NCBI GenBank assembly: GCA_003281085.1
Contig: QCCZ01000001.1
Location: forward strand, 27,493 to 91,492
Length of the DNA: 64,000 nt
DNA from: OCS155 cluster bacterium AG-349-E07
GTDB lineage: Bacteria; Actinomycetota; Acidimicrobiia; Actinomarinales; Actinomarinaceae
Direction of reading: 5' to 3'
Under the pieces are notes generated by a model that was not told the origin of the DNA, made no database searches, and was given only the letters and a program-made list of their open reading frames with translations. This document shows, piece after piece, positions 1 through 9,421 of the stretch (the first letter of the stretch is position 1; every line of letters begins with the position of its first letter). The position numbers and the translations under genes were made by a program.

Positions 1-136
1 TAAAACCTGGTGGTACAGGGATTTCCATATTGGACATTTCAGCCAAGTTTGCACCCTTGCCTCCAAGCAAGTTGTTAAGAGATGAATCACCATCAGTCAT
101 ATTTTTAGAGAATTCAAAAATTAGTTTATTTTTCAT
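1..136 (-). CDS. ppdK: Pyruvate, phosphate dikinase, 5' end only (gene continues beyond the left edge)
   Basis: Reverse-strand ATG at 136-134 opens [45 protein letters not shown]. LLGGKGxNLAEM...PxPxGF is the conserved PPDK N-terminal signature. It is absent from the ORF track because it is truncated. Confidence 0.7.
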   Translation of the reverse strand, partial: MKNKLIFEFSKNMTDGDSSLNNLLGGKGANLAEMSNMEIPVPPGF

Positions 137-192
137 GGCACAAATTAAAAATATTCCCCCTCTATTCTTTAATTATATATGGGGGAAACAAT

Positions 193-1239
193 ATGTCTAA
201 AAATGTAATAGTCATTGGTACGGGTACTATTGGAGAACCTCTTATAGGCCTTTTCGCAGAACACAAAGACGAACTTGGAATAGATAATGTCATATTCTTT
301 AAAAGAACTCCACTTTCAGATGAGAAAGGGAAAGTTGAAGCATTATTAAGAAAAGGTGCAAAAATAGTATCAACTTCAGATGTATTATCAGATTTTAAAA
401 AATTAGGATTTTCAGATATTGAAGATGTAGAAAACGCATACGATGATACAGATGTCATCATTGACTGTACTCCAAGTGGAAATGATAATTGGGAAAGTAT
501 ATATTCATCTCTTGATCAATCAAAAAGATTTATGGCACAAGGGTCTGAACATGGATTTGGTCCATTCTTTGCTTGGGGAATAAATAATAATATATTTGAA
601 AATGAGTCTAACAGATACCTTATTGCTTCATGCAATACGCACAATATTGCATCAATAGTTAAAACATTTGCCTTAGATGAAGGCCGTGATCTTACTGAAG
701 GTCAATTTGTATGTTTGCGAAGAGCAAATGATGTCTCACAAAATGACTCCTTCTCACCATCGCCAACAATTACAAAACATACAAATCAAGAGTTTGGGAC
801 TCATCACGCAAGAGACGTTCATGAGTTATTTGCCCAAGAAGGAAAAGATTTAAACTTGTTTTCATCAGCAATAAAATTACCAACTCAATATATGCATACT
901 TTGTGGTTTACATTACGCTTTGTAGATTCAATTCAGTATGAAGAAATTATGAACAACCTTTTAAAAAGTGAGTTTTTAATGGCAACAGAAAAAATGTCAG
1001 CAAATAAAGTCTTTTCATTTGGAAGAGATCATGGATACCATGGGAGGCTGTTGTCTCATGGAATTGTTGCTGAACAATCACTTCACGTTAAAGATAATAT
1101 CCTTACCGGATATTGCTTTACACCTCAAGATGGAAACGCGTTGCTATCATCTGTAGCAGGCACAATACAGTATTACTACAAAGATAATTGGAAAGAAAAA
1201 ATGCAACTTTTTAATCGCTATATATTTAAAAATATCTAA
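193..1239 (+). CDS. Type II (archaeal-type) glyceraldehyde-3-phosphate dehydrogenase-like NAD(P) dehydrogenase
   Basis: Rossmann motif GTGTIGEP at the N-terminus. ASCNTHNI (cf. VSCNTTGL catalytic Cys), RRANDV (cf. RRGADP) and THHARDV (cf. SHHGPDV) occur in the order typical of type II GAPDH. Homology is recalled, not searched. Confidence 0.6.
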   Translation: MSKNVIVIGTGTIGEPLIGLFAEHKDELGIDNVIFFKRTPLSDEKGKVEALLRKGAKIVSTSDVLSDFKKLGFSDIEDVENAYDDTDVIIDCTPSGNDNWESIYSSLDQSKRFMAQGSEHGFGPFFAWGINNNIFENESNRYLIASCNTHNIASIVKTFALDEGRDLTEGQFVCLRRANDVSQNDSFSPSPTITKHTNQEFGTHHARDVHELFAQEGKDLNLFSSAIKLPTQYMHTLWFTLRFVDSIQYEEIMNNLLKSEFLMATEKMSANKVFSFGRDHGYHGRLLSHGIVAEQSLHVKDNILTGYCFTPQDGNALLSSVAGTIQYYYKDNWKEKMQLFNRYIFKNI

Positions 1240-1268
1240 ATTAACATCAAATTTTTAATTAATCAAAC

Positions 1269-1297
1269 TTTTCACAAACTATAAAATTTTGTGAAAA
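1269..1297. promoter_or_regulatory. Perfect inverted repeat TTTTCACAAA-N9-TTTGTGAAAA (operator-like or AU-rich hairpin)
   Basis: The arms at 1269-1278 and 1288-1297 are exact reverse complements. Further TTCACAA/TTGTGAA half-sites lie at 1311-1317 and 1373-1379 in the same intergenic region upstream of aceA. Confidence 0.35.
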
Positions 1298-1428
1298 ATT
1301 AAAAAAAAGTTTCACAAAAGCACAATGTTGTTTTTAAAACATGCTATTTTTGTAACATGCAAAAATATAATATTGTGAATGTGGTGAAGTACATAAACAT
1401 GTAATGCCCTTACACATTAATTTTGTTG

Positions 1429-1453
1429 CCGGGCACATGCCCGGTTTTTTTTT
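1429..1453 (+). terminator. Rho-independent terminator-like hairpin
   Basis: CCGGGC-ACAT-GCCCGG (6-7 bp GC stem) is followed directly by a run of nine T. It is the only GC-rich element in an AT-rich spacer, about 190 nt after the stop at 1239 and about 75 nt before the aceA start. Confidence 0.65.
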
Positions 1454-1527
1454 AGGAAGGAAAATAGTGGAAAACCAGAGTAATGAGAGTAAACATAAAG
1501 ATATAAAGCAAACAAAAGCTGAAATTT

Positions 1528-2823
1528 ATGAGAGCCTCTATGACGCAGAATAGTTTTTTAGATAAAGAATTACTGAATTCTGAGTGGGAAAATAATCCCA
1601 GGTGGGAGGGAATTACACGTAATTACAGTGCCGAAGACGTAGTAAGTATTCGTAATTCAATTGAGATCAAATATACTTTGGCCGAAAACGGAGCAAATAA
1701 TCTCTTTAATCACTTAATGAAAAAAGACGAATGGATATCTGCTTTAGGTGCGTTATCAGGTAACCAAGCTGTCCAGATGGTAAAAGCAGGTTTAAAGGCA
1801 ATTTATTTAAGTGGCTGGCAAGTAGCTGCAGACTCTAATCTTGGTGAAACTACCTATCCAGACCAATCACTCTACCCAAGTAATAGTGCGCCAAACCTAG
1901 CAAAAAGAATAAATAATGCCCTTCTTAGAGCTGAACAAGTAGACAGAGTAGAGGGTAATTTTGACATTGATTACGTAGTACCAATTGTTGCTGATGGAGA
2001 AGCTGGTTTTGGCGGCGTATTAAATGTTTTTGAATTAACAAAGAAATTTATTGAAGCTGGTGCCGCAGGTGTACATTTTGAAGACCAACTTGCCGCAGAA
2101 AAAAAATGTGGACATATGGGAGGAAAAGTTCTTGTACCAACTAGTCAACATATAAGAACACTAACATCAGCAAGACTTGCAGCTGATGCCTTGGGTGTTC
2201 CAACAGTAATAATTGCTCGAACAGATGCATTAGCAGCAAATCTGTTAACAAGTGATATAGATGATAATGATAAAGATTTTGTTCTAGGTGAAAGAACATC
2301 TGAAGGGTTTTTTAAGGTAAAAAATGGTCCTGAGGCTGCGTTTAGTCGAGCATTATCTTATGCACCATATGCTGACTTAGTATGGTGCGAGACGGGAACT
2401 CCGGACATTGGGTTTGCAAAAGACTTTGCAGATGCAGTTCATGAAAAATATCCAGATAAATTACTTGCATACAATTGCTCACCATCATTCAATTGGAAAA
2501 AAGCATTGTCAGATAAAGAGATTGATACATTTCAAGAACAACTAAGTTCTTTTGGCTACAAGTTCCAATTTATTACGCTTGCTGGTTTTCATGCCCTTAA
2601 TGCATCCATGTTTGAGCTAGCTTCAAAGTACAAAGGTGGAAATATGTCAGCATATGTCGAGTTGCAACAAAAAGAATTTTCAATGGAAAAGGATGGGTTT
2701 ACATCAGTAAAACATCAAAGAGAAGTTGGTGCTGGTTACTTTGATACCGTATCGACAATTATTAGTGATGGAGATGCGTCGACGCTAGCACTTGAAGGTT
2801 CTACAGAAGAAGAACAATTTTAA
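1528..2823 (+). CDS. aceA: Isocitrate lyase
   Basis: KKCGHMGGK matches the isocitrate lyase active-site signature. The 431-aa length and [17 protein letters not shown]-terminus are typical. In-frame stops upstream (1453, 1465, 1504) fix the start at 1528 or 1540. Confidence 0.95.
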   Translation: MRASMTQNSFLDKELLNSEWENNPRWEGITRNYSAEDVVSIRNSIEIKYTLAENGANNLFNHLMKKDEWISALGALSGNQAVQMVKAGLKAIYLSGWQVAADSNLGETTYPDQSLYPSNSAPNLAKRINNALLRAEQVDRVEGNFDIDYVVPIVADGEAGFGGVLNVFELTKKFIEAGAAGVHFEDQLAAEKKCGHMGGKVLVPTSQHIRTLTSARLAADALGVPTVIIARTDALAANLLTSDIDDNDKDFVLGERTSEGFFKVKNGPEAAFSRALSYAPYADLVWCETGTPDIGFAKDFADAVHEKYPDKLLAYNCSPSFNWKKALSDKEIDTFQEQLSSFGYKFQFITLAGFHALNASMFELASKYKGGNMSAYVELQQKEFSMEKDGFTSVKHQREVGAGYFDTVSTIISDGDASTLALEGSTEEEQF

Positions 2824-4376
2824 TGTTTGAAGTAACTCAAGAAACGCCTAACTCATCAAATATTTTAACCGAGGATGCTTTAAATTTTTTAAGTAAATTT
2901 ACATCTGCATTTGAAGATAGAAGAAAACAATTACTTGATGAAAGAGAAAATACTCAAAAAAGTATAGACTCAGGTGACTTCTTGGGTTTTCCAACTGATA
3001 CTTCAGTTAGAGAAAAAGAGTGGCAGGTAGTTCCTCCACCTTCTGATGTTGCTCAGCGACATGTCGAAATTACTGGACCTGTAGATAGAAAAATGATTAT
3101 TAATGCTTTGAACTCGGGAGCTGATGTTTTTATGGCAGATTTTGAAGACTCAACATCACCAACATGGGAAAACATAATCAATGGTCATAATAACCTTATA
3201 GATGCAAATAATAGAAGCATTGAATTGGTTGACGAGGCCAAGGGAAAGACATATACATTAAATCCAGAAAGTCAAACATCACTATTCGTTAGACCTAGAG
3301 GCCTACATCTTTTGGAGAAAAACGTATTGGTGGATGGTAGTCCTATTAGTGCAAGCATTTTTGACTTCACCATGTATGTTTATCACAATTATCAAAGCAG
3401 GATCGATGCCGAACTAGGTATCTATTTTTATATTCCAAAACTAGAAAATGCAAATGAATCACAACTCTGGGATGATATGTTCACATTAGCTGAAGATGAA
3501 CTTGGAATTCCAAGAAGCAGTATTAGAGCTACAGTTCTTTTAGAGACAATCTCTGCATCATATGAAATAGAAGAGATGCTTTATTCTTTAAGAGAGCACT
3601 CTTTAGGAATGAATGCAGGAAGATGGGATTACATATTTAGTGCGATTAAAAGACACAGAAATGTAGATGGAATCATATTCCCTGACAGATCACAAATTAC
3701 TATGACCGTTCCATTTATGAAAGCGTATACAGAACTATTAGTTGAAAGCTGTCATAAAAGAGGTGCACACGCAATTGGTGGTATGTCTGCATTTATACCA
3801 AACAGAAAAGATCCAGAGGTAACAGAAAAAGCATTTGAAAATGTAAAAAATGATAAGTTAAGAGAAGCAAATATGGGTTTTGATGGGTCTTGGGTTGCTC
3901 ATCCAGATTTAGTAAGCATTTGTAAAGATGTATTCAATGATCATCTCAATGGAGAAGCAAATCAAATTTCATTTGTACCAAGATATGATATTGAGGATTC
4001 AATGCTGCATAACTTTGAAATAGAAAACTCGTCCATAACAATGGAGGGTATTCTAACAAATATCAAAGTGGGCATTTTGTATATGCATTCATGGCTTAAT
4101 GGACAGGGTGCGGCAGCGTTATTTAATTTAATGGAAGATGCTGCTACTGCAGAGATTTCGCGTTCACAGCTTTGGCAATGGCTTCATAACTCAGTTGAAA
4201 CTGAAAACGGTGAAACTATCAATGAATCATTTATGGAAGAGGCTTTTGAGACAGTCTTTTCTGACATAAATGATATAAAGAATATTGAAAAGGCAAGAGA
4301 CGAATTTAAAAAGTTGGTGTTTGATGAAGATTTCTCAGACTTTTTGACTTTACCAGCTTATCATTTAATAAATTAA
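2823..4376 (+). CDS. aceB: Malate synthase A
   Basis: 517 aa with A-type malate synthase motifs (RPRGLHL, GRWDYIFS, DGSWVAHPD). The ATG overlaps the aceA stop (TAATG at 2821-2825). Confidence 0.95.
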   Translation: MFEVTQETPNSSNILTEDALNFLSKFTSAFEDRRKQLLDERENTQKSIDSGDFLGFPTDTSVREKEWQVVPPPSDVAQRHVEITGPVDRKMIINALNSGADVFMADFEDSTSPTWENIINGHNNLIDANNRSIELVDEAKGKTYTLNPESQTSLFVRPRGLHLLEKNVLVDGSPISASIFDFTMYVYHNYQSRIDAELGIYFYIPKLENANESQLWDDMFTLAEDELGIPRSSIRATVLLETISASYEIEEMLYSLREHSLGMNAGRWDYIFSAIKRHRNVDGIIFPDRSQITMTVPFMKAYTELLVESCHKRGAHAIGGMSAFIPNRKDPEVTEKAFENVKNDKLREANMGFDGSWVAHPDLVSICKDVFNDHLNGEANQISFVPRYDIEDSMLHNFEIENSSITMEGILTNIKVGILYMHSWLNGQGAAALFNLMEDAATAEISRSQLWQWLHNSVETENGETINESFMEEAFETVFSDINDIKNIEKARDEFKKLVFDEDFSDFLTLPAYHLIN

Positions 4377-4428
4377 GCCTTGTTTTCATGTTTTGGTTTT
4401 AGTCGCATTATTTCTATAGAATGAAATC

Positions 4429-4941
4429 GTGGATAAAGTAATCGCACAAGTAATACCCGTCTTACTTGTTTTGGGAATTATATGGCTAATCATTGCATCA
4501 AATAAAAGAATAAATAATGCACTTTCTAGTGCTGCGGAGACTTTGGGTTTTACATTCATATCCTCTAAAAACATATTTAGAAAGAAAAGAATATTTGGTG
4601 AAATAGATGGGTACAAATGTGAGGTAGAGGTATACACAAGAAGTCATGGACGTTCCTCAACTACATACGTCTCCTTCTTTGCTTTTTTCCCGGAGAGCTT
4701 TGATATGGGATTAAAGATTAATTGGCGAGGTGAGTTTGATGGAGATGATGAATATCTGACAGACCTATTTATAAAACGAAATGAAAAACTTATAGAGACA
4801 TCAAAGAAAAATCTAAGAAGACTAAGAGTAGAGGATACATTTGTAAATTCAAGAAAAGTCTTATTTAGAAAATATTACAAAGCTGATGAGATTGTAAAAA
4901 CAATGAGAGACGTGCTTAACTTAGCAAAAGCAATTAAGTAG
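4429..4941 (+). CDS. Hypothetical membrane-anchored protein (one N-terminal TM helix)
   Basis: 170-aa ORF with a GTG start and a hydrophobic N-terminus (VIPVLLVLGIIWLIIA). No motif recognised. Confidence 0.45.
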   Translation: MDKVIAQVIPVLLVLGIIWLIIASNKRINNALSSAAETLGFTFISSKNIFRKKRIFGEIDGYKCEVEVYTRSHGRSSTTYVSFFAFFPESFDMGLKINWRGEFDGDDEYLTDLFIKRNEKLIETSKKNLRRLRVEDTFVNSRKVLFRKYYKADEIVKTMRDVLNLAKAIK

Positions 4942-4953
4942 CTTTTTTAGCCA

Positions 4954-5088
4954 CTAATCACGTTTATCAACCCAAAGGGAGTCTTTTTCCATTGGAGCGC
5001 GTAATAATCCAATTACCAATAATGCAAAAGTGATTATTGGAAATAAAAGAATTAAGAACAAAGGGTACGATGTTATTGTTTCTATCAT
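4954..5088 (-). CDS. Candidate 44-aa small membrane protein downstream of pntB
   Basis: ATG at 5088 gives MIETITSYPLFLILLFPIITFALLVIGLLRAPMEKDSLWVDKRD, then TAG at 4956-4954. One TM helix. It is below the ORF-track size cut-off and could be chance in AT-rich DNA. Confidence 0.2.
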   Translation of the reverse strand: MIETITSYPLFLILLFPIITFALLVIGLLRAPMEKDSLWVDKRD

Positions 5089-5193
5089 ATTTTTATTTTA
5101 ATAAATTGAAATAAATCACGCTACACACGACTATTTTTGTCTCATCTGAGTCATATTGTTTGTTTTAATTTTTTTTAATTCAGAAAGAGATAT

Positions 5194-6525
5194 TTAAACT
5201 AATTCAAATGATTTAATGATATTCTCTAAGCCCTCTTTGGCATCGGTAAATAACATTTTTGCATTGTCATTTATAAACAATGGATTCGCAATACCTGCAT
5301 AACCTGGTGACATAGATCTTTTTATCACTATTACTTGTTTTGCTAAGTCAACATCAAGTATTGGCATTCCATAAATTGGAGAATCTTCATCAGTTCTAGC
5401 CAATGGATTTACAACATCATTTGCTCCAAGAACCATTACAACATCAGTTGAAGAGAACTCAGAATTTATATCTTCTAAGGTAAACATATCTTCATAGTCA
5501 ATATCTACCTCAGCTAAGAGTACATTCATATGTCCAGGCATTCTTCCAGCAACTGGATGTATAGCAAACTTCACTTCAATGTTTTTATCTTTTAAGGTAT
5601 TTGTTAATTCTTTTACAGCTGCCTGTGCTTGAGCTACTGCCATTCCATATCCTGGAACAATAACTACAGATTCCGCATAGCTTAGTTGGATTGCTACATC
5701 TTCCGGGGAAGTGCTAGTTGGATCTTTTTCATATTCATTATTTATAGCTGTACCCCCAAAACCACCCTTGAGAACATCTAAAAGTGTACGATTCATTGCA
5801 GTACACATAAGTAAAGTAAGAATTATTCCTGAAGCACCAACTAAGGCGCCAGCTACGATCAAAATAATACTATTTACAATAAACCCTGCTGACATCGCTG
5901 CAATTCCAGAAAGTGAATTTAAGAATGCTATGACAACTGGCATATCTGCTCCACCAATTACCGCAACTCTTATAACTCCACCAATTAATGAAACCAAAAT
6001 AATAAATTCAATTAATAAGTCATCCATTTCTAAAACTACTGGAATTAATATAATCGCAGGTAAAAATACTGAAAATATATCTGCTAATTTTTTGTTAAAG
6101 TTATTTAATTTGCCACGAAGTTTCATTACTGCAACAAGACTTCCCGAGAATGTAAATATTCCAATAACCATTGAGAATATTGCTACAAAAACATCAGAAA
6201 TTGGTAAAGAATTACCGGAGAGCTCAACATAGGCAATTGCACCAGAAGCTCCTCCACCAAAGCCATTAAACAAACCAACTAGTTCTGGCATTTGTGTCAT
6301 CTGAACTCGTTTTGAAATTAAAACTCCAAGCAGTCCTGAAACAACAATTGTGATATAAAAAGCGGAATCATATTTTGAAAAATCAAAATTAAATGCACTA
6401 AAAACAGCTAATGCCATGGCTAACATTGCAAATGTATTTGCTCTATGTGCCGTTGACGGTCTTCCAAAGAGCTTCAAAGCAAAGATAAATAAAATAGCTG
6501 AGACAAGTAATATTATTTCAATCAT
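5194..6525 (-). CDS. pntB: NAD(P) transhydrogenase subunit beta
   Basis: Polytopic N-terminus plus a C-terminal dIII domain with GYGMAVAQAQ and HPVAGRMPGHMNVLLAE motifs. Confidence 0.95.
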   Translation of the reverse strand: MIEIILLVSAILFIFALKLFGRPSTAHRANTFAMLAMALAVFSAFNFDFSKYDSAFYITIVVSGLLGVLISKRVQMTQMPELVGLFNGFGGGASGAIAYVELSGNSLPISDVFVAIFSMVIGIFTFSGSLVAVMKLRGKLNNFNKKLADIFSVFLPAIILIPVVLEMDDLLIEFIILVSLIGGVIRVAVIGGADMPVVIAFLNSLSGIAAMSAGFIVNSIILIVAGALVGASGIILTLLMCTAMNRTLLDVLKGGFGGTAINNEYEKDPTSTSPEDVAIQLSYAESVVIVPGYGMAVAQAQAAVKELTNTLKDKNIEVKFAIHPVAGRMPGHMNVLLAEVDIDYEDMFTLEDINSEFSSTDVVMVLGANDVVNPLARTDEDSPIYGMPILDVDLAKQVIVIKRSMSPGYAGIANPLFINDNAKMLFTDAKEGLENIIKSFELV

Positions 6526-6805
6526 TTTTCTTAAACATTTCTAGTATTCGACCAGTCACTGAAAACCCGCCAACAATATTGAGAGTTGCAAATGCTATTG
6601 CAATTAAAACAATAATTTTGAGCAATTGTGACTCACCTACTTCTGGGTATATAAGAATTGCTGCAATCAATGTAATTCCAGAAATAGCATTGGAACCAGA
6701 CATCAACGGAGTGTGTAATGTCTGTGGAATTTTAGATATAAGTTCATATCCAATAAAGCTTGCTAAAAACGTTATCAACAATGTAAGTAAAAACGTTGCT
6801 TCCAT
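6518..6805 (-). CDS. pntAB: NAD(P) transhydrogenase subunit alpha, part 2 (membrane part)
   Basis: 95-aa protein with three TM helices, sandwiched between pntAA and pntB. 8-nt overlap with the pntB start (ATGATTGA). Confidence 0.85.
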   Translation of the reverse strand: MEATFLLTLLITFLASFIGYELISKIPQTLHTPLMSGSNAISGITLIAAILIYPEVGESQLLKIIVLIAIAFATLNIVGGFSVTGRILEMFKKND

Positions 6806-7818
6806 TATGAGCTCATCTCCACAAAAATCTCGTCGTCACTATTTTCTATATACAGTTCGATTAAATTTCTTACGTTCTCTGAATACAGCTTTGTAGCTGC
6901 ATGCTTAACAGTGTTTAAGATATCTGTTTCACCAACTATCTTTACACCATTAATCTCAACAACTTTGTCTACCTCTGTTCCTTCACAGTTTCCACCTGTA
7001 CCAGCAGCTAAGTCAATAATCACAGAATTCTCTTTCATGTTTTCAACAGTTGACTTTTCAATCAGGACAGGTGCTTTCTTTCCTGGTATTTGAGCAAATG
7101 TTAAAACAATATCGCTTTCAATTAATTGTTTTTTTAATGCTTCTTGAATTTTCTGATTCTCTTCTTCTGAAACTTCTTGTGCGTATACGCTATCTTGAGC
7201 TTCAGTACTAGCTTCAACAAATTTAGCACCTAAAGACTCCACTTGGTCCTTGGCTTCTTTTCTAATATCAAAAGCCCATACTCTAGCCCCAAGTCTTTTT
7301 GCAGTTGCAATTGCTTGAAGGCCTGCAACTCCTACACCAAGAATTAATACTTTTGATGGCTGTATATTTCCTGCTGCAGTTGTCATCATTGGCACTACAT
7401 CTGATGTCTCTTTTGCTGCTCGTAAAACTGAGGCGTAACCAAGCAAGTTTGCTTGAGAAGAAAGAGCATCAAGGTTTTGAGCTCTGGAAATTCTAGGAAG
7501 CTTAAAAAAACTTAATATCTTAATATCTGGCCTTAAGTTTTTAATCTCTTCAATTTTTTCAAAATCAAATATACCGATTAGGATTGCTCCTTCCTTAAGA
7601 TCTTTAATTTTTTTATCTTCAATGTTTTCTACACAAGCAACAATGTCTAAATCACTTACTTTAGAAATAGTTTTAACATTATTTTGAATAGATTCTGAAT
7701 ACTTTAGATAATCAAATATATCTTTTTCTAAATGTACATCTAATGAATATTTTTCAATTGATTCAGGATGTATTGGGGCCCTGTAGCCGTTTTTATCAGT
7801 TAAAAATCCTATTTTCAT
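6805..7818 (-). CDS. pntAA: NAD(P) transhydrogenase subunit alpha, part 1 (dI, NAD(H)-binding)
   Basis: Alanine-dehydrogenase/PNT fold with the Rossmann motif VLILGVGVAGLQAIATAKRLGA. Contiguous with pntAB. Confidence 0.9.
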   Translation of the reverse strand: MKIGFLTDKNGYRAPIHPESIEKYSLDVHLEKDIFDYLKYSESIQNNVKTISKVSDLDIVACVENIEDKKIKDLKEGAILIGIFDFEKIEEIKNLRPDIKILSFFKLPRISRAQNLDALSSQANLLGYASVLRAAKETSDVVPMMTTAAGNIQPSKVLILGVGVAGLQAIATAKRLGARVWAFDIRKEAKDQVESLGAKFVEASTEAQDSVYAQEVSEEENQKIQEALKKQLIESDIVLTFAQIPGKKAPVLIEKSTVENMKENSVIIDLAAGTGGNCEGTEVDKVVEINGVKIVGETDILNTVKHAATKLYSENVRNLIELYIENSDDEIFVEMSS

Positions 7819-7841
7819 ACATTGTTATTTTAAATGTTCTC

Positions 7842-8084
7842 TTACGCTACTAAGAATTTTTCTAACTCTGCTGCAGCTGTAAGGAGGTTTAAATCACTGT
7901 TTTCAATACAATACAATTCTTCTTTGTAAGAAATAGCTAAATAATCAAACCTATTAATGAATATCTGCACATCTTCAAAGATTATGTTCGTAGAAAAGTA
8001 GATTTTTCCTTCTCTAATTAAAACTTCGTTTATGAAAGAATGATGAGAGAGATAACCCAATAGTTTTTCAAGAACATCTGACAT
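7842..8084 (-). CDS. Hypothetical protein (80 aa)
   Basis: ORF directly upstream of the pnt operon on the same strand. No motif recognised. Confidence 0.35.
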   Translation of the reverse strand: MSDVLEKLLGYLSHHSFINEVLIREGKIYFSTNIIFEDVQIFINRFDYLAISYKEELYCIENSDLNLLTAAAELEKFLVA

Positions 8085-8113
8085 ATTTAAATCTTACCAA
8101 ATAAAATACATAC

Positions 8114-9154
8114 ATGAATATTGCTGTCTTTAGCGACAAGTTTTCTGGTACATTAAGTGCCACTGAAGTTCTTAATATTGTTCAAGATAAGTTTTTGGAT
8201 TCAAATATTGATGCAGACTTTTTTAGCGTTACCGATGGTGGACAGGAAAGTACAAGAATTTTTAAAAGTTATAATTTTCAAACTCATGAAAATTTTGAAA
8301 CTTTAAATTCTGATAATGAGTTATCTGCAGTTGAGTCATTAAATATAAACGAGAGTATTTTTTTTGAATCAGCTCAATTAATAGGTATTGATTCAGAAAA
8401 AAAATCTATGAGTATAAATTCAGGGTGTTTGCTTGAAGCGCTTCAAAAAATAGAAGTCCTTGGAACAGGTGGTTCAAAGACTGTTGATTTTGGCATCGGA
8501 CTCTTAAGTAGGTTGGGTATGGAATTCATCTCTAATGGTGAAACTATAGTAAATCCTGTTCCTAAAGATTTTGCCTTTATAGACCGAATTAAAGCAACAA
8601 GTTTTAGCCCTAATTTAGAAAATAGAATTTTAAGTGATACCCAAATTTCATTGTTAGGTGAGAATTCAGCTTTTGATGTTTTTGGTCCTCAAAAAGGTTT
8701 GTCTGAGAAAGATATTGAGAAACACAAGATAGAAGTTGAGAGATTGATAACTCTAATTGATAAGGAACTTGTTTTAGATTTAAATCCAACTGAGGTGAAC
8801 TCAGGTGCAGCTGGTGGTTTAACGTTTACATTAAATCAAATTCTTGGTTGTGAAATTGAAAATGGTGCAAAATACTTTTTAAAGGAGACGAATTTAATCA
8901 ATAAATTAAAAAATTATGACATTGGTATCTTTTGTGAAGGAAAATTTGATGAATCATCGTTAAAGGGAAAAATAATTGGAGAATTGTTGAAAAATTTTAA
9001 AGGACGTAGGTATTTTTTGGGTGGGCAGTATACAGCAAAAACTGAAGATATATTTACAAGCTATTTCCAATGTGGGCCTGAAGGTGTCAGTGATCCAAAA
9101 AGCTCATTAGAGATTGCTACAAATGAATTAATTAAAGAAATACAAAAGTATTAA
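8114..9154 (+). CDS. Glycerate kinase family protein
   Basis: N-terminal FSDKFSGTLSATEV (cf. DSFKGSLSA), TDGGQES (cf. ADGGEGT) and C-terminal CEGKFDESSLKGK (cf. TGEGxxDxQSxxGK). Confidence 0.65.
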   Translation: MNIAVFSDKFSGTLSATEVLNIVQDKFLDSNIDADFFSVTDGGQESTRIFKSYNFQTHENFETLNSDNELSAVESLNINESIFFESAQLIGIDSEKKSMSINSGCLLEALQKIEVLGTGGSKTVDFGIGLLSRLGMEFISNGETIVNPVPKDFAFIDRIKATSFSPNLENRILSDTQISLLGENSAFDVFGPQKGLSEKDIEKHKIEVERLITLIDKELVLDLNPTEVNSGAAGGLTFTLNQILGCEIENGAKYFLKETNLINKLKNYDIGIFCEGKFDESSLKGKIIGELLKNFKGRRYFLGGQYTAKTEDIFTSYFQCGPEGVSDPKSSLEIATNELIKEIQKY

Positions 9155-9163
9155 TATCTCATT

Positions 9164-9421
9164 ATGACAATTCCTTCACCATGTATAAGTGTTTGTGTAA
9201 CAGATCCTGGTAGTGATTTATGTTACGGATGTGCAAGAACTACACCTGAAATAGCTAAGTGGTCAAAATTTACAGATGAAGAGAAAAAACAAGTTATTGA
9301 AAGAAGCAGATCCAGAATGTCAGGGTGGCAGTTAGAGGCTTTTGATAAGGCCTATAAGGAAATTTTAGAAACAGGTTCCAGTCCAATAAAAAAGCAAAAG
9401 CTACAAAACAAACAAGACTAG
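9164..9421 (+). CDS. DUF1289-type small cysteine-rich (Fe-S-like) protein
   Basis: SPCISVCxxDxxxxLCYGCARTxxEIxxW cysteine pattern is typical of DUF1289. Confidence 0.65.
   Translation: MTIPSPCISVCVTDPGSDLCYGCARTTPEIAKWSKFTDEEKKQVIERSRSRMSGWQLEAFDKAYKEILETGSSPIKKQKLQNKQD

Noticed and set aside
162-461. 99-aa minus-strand ORF overlapping the start of the GAPDH-like gene
   Set aside because: It lies entirely antisense to a motif-supported gene. Its Ser/Phe-rich low-complexity product has no start context. It is a shadow ORF.
5711-6232. 173-aa plus-strand ORF inside pntB (and the similar ORFs 6579..6896, 6911..7093 and 7299..7496 inside pntAB/pntAA)
   Set aside because: They are antisense to strongly supported transhydrogenase genes and have no independent motifs. 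These are typical shadow frames.
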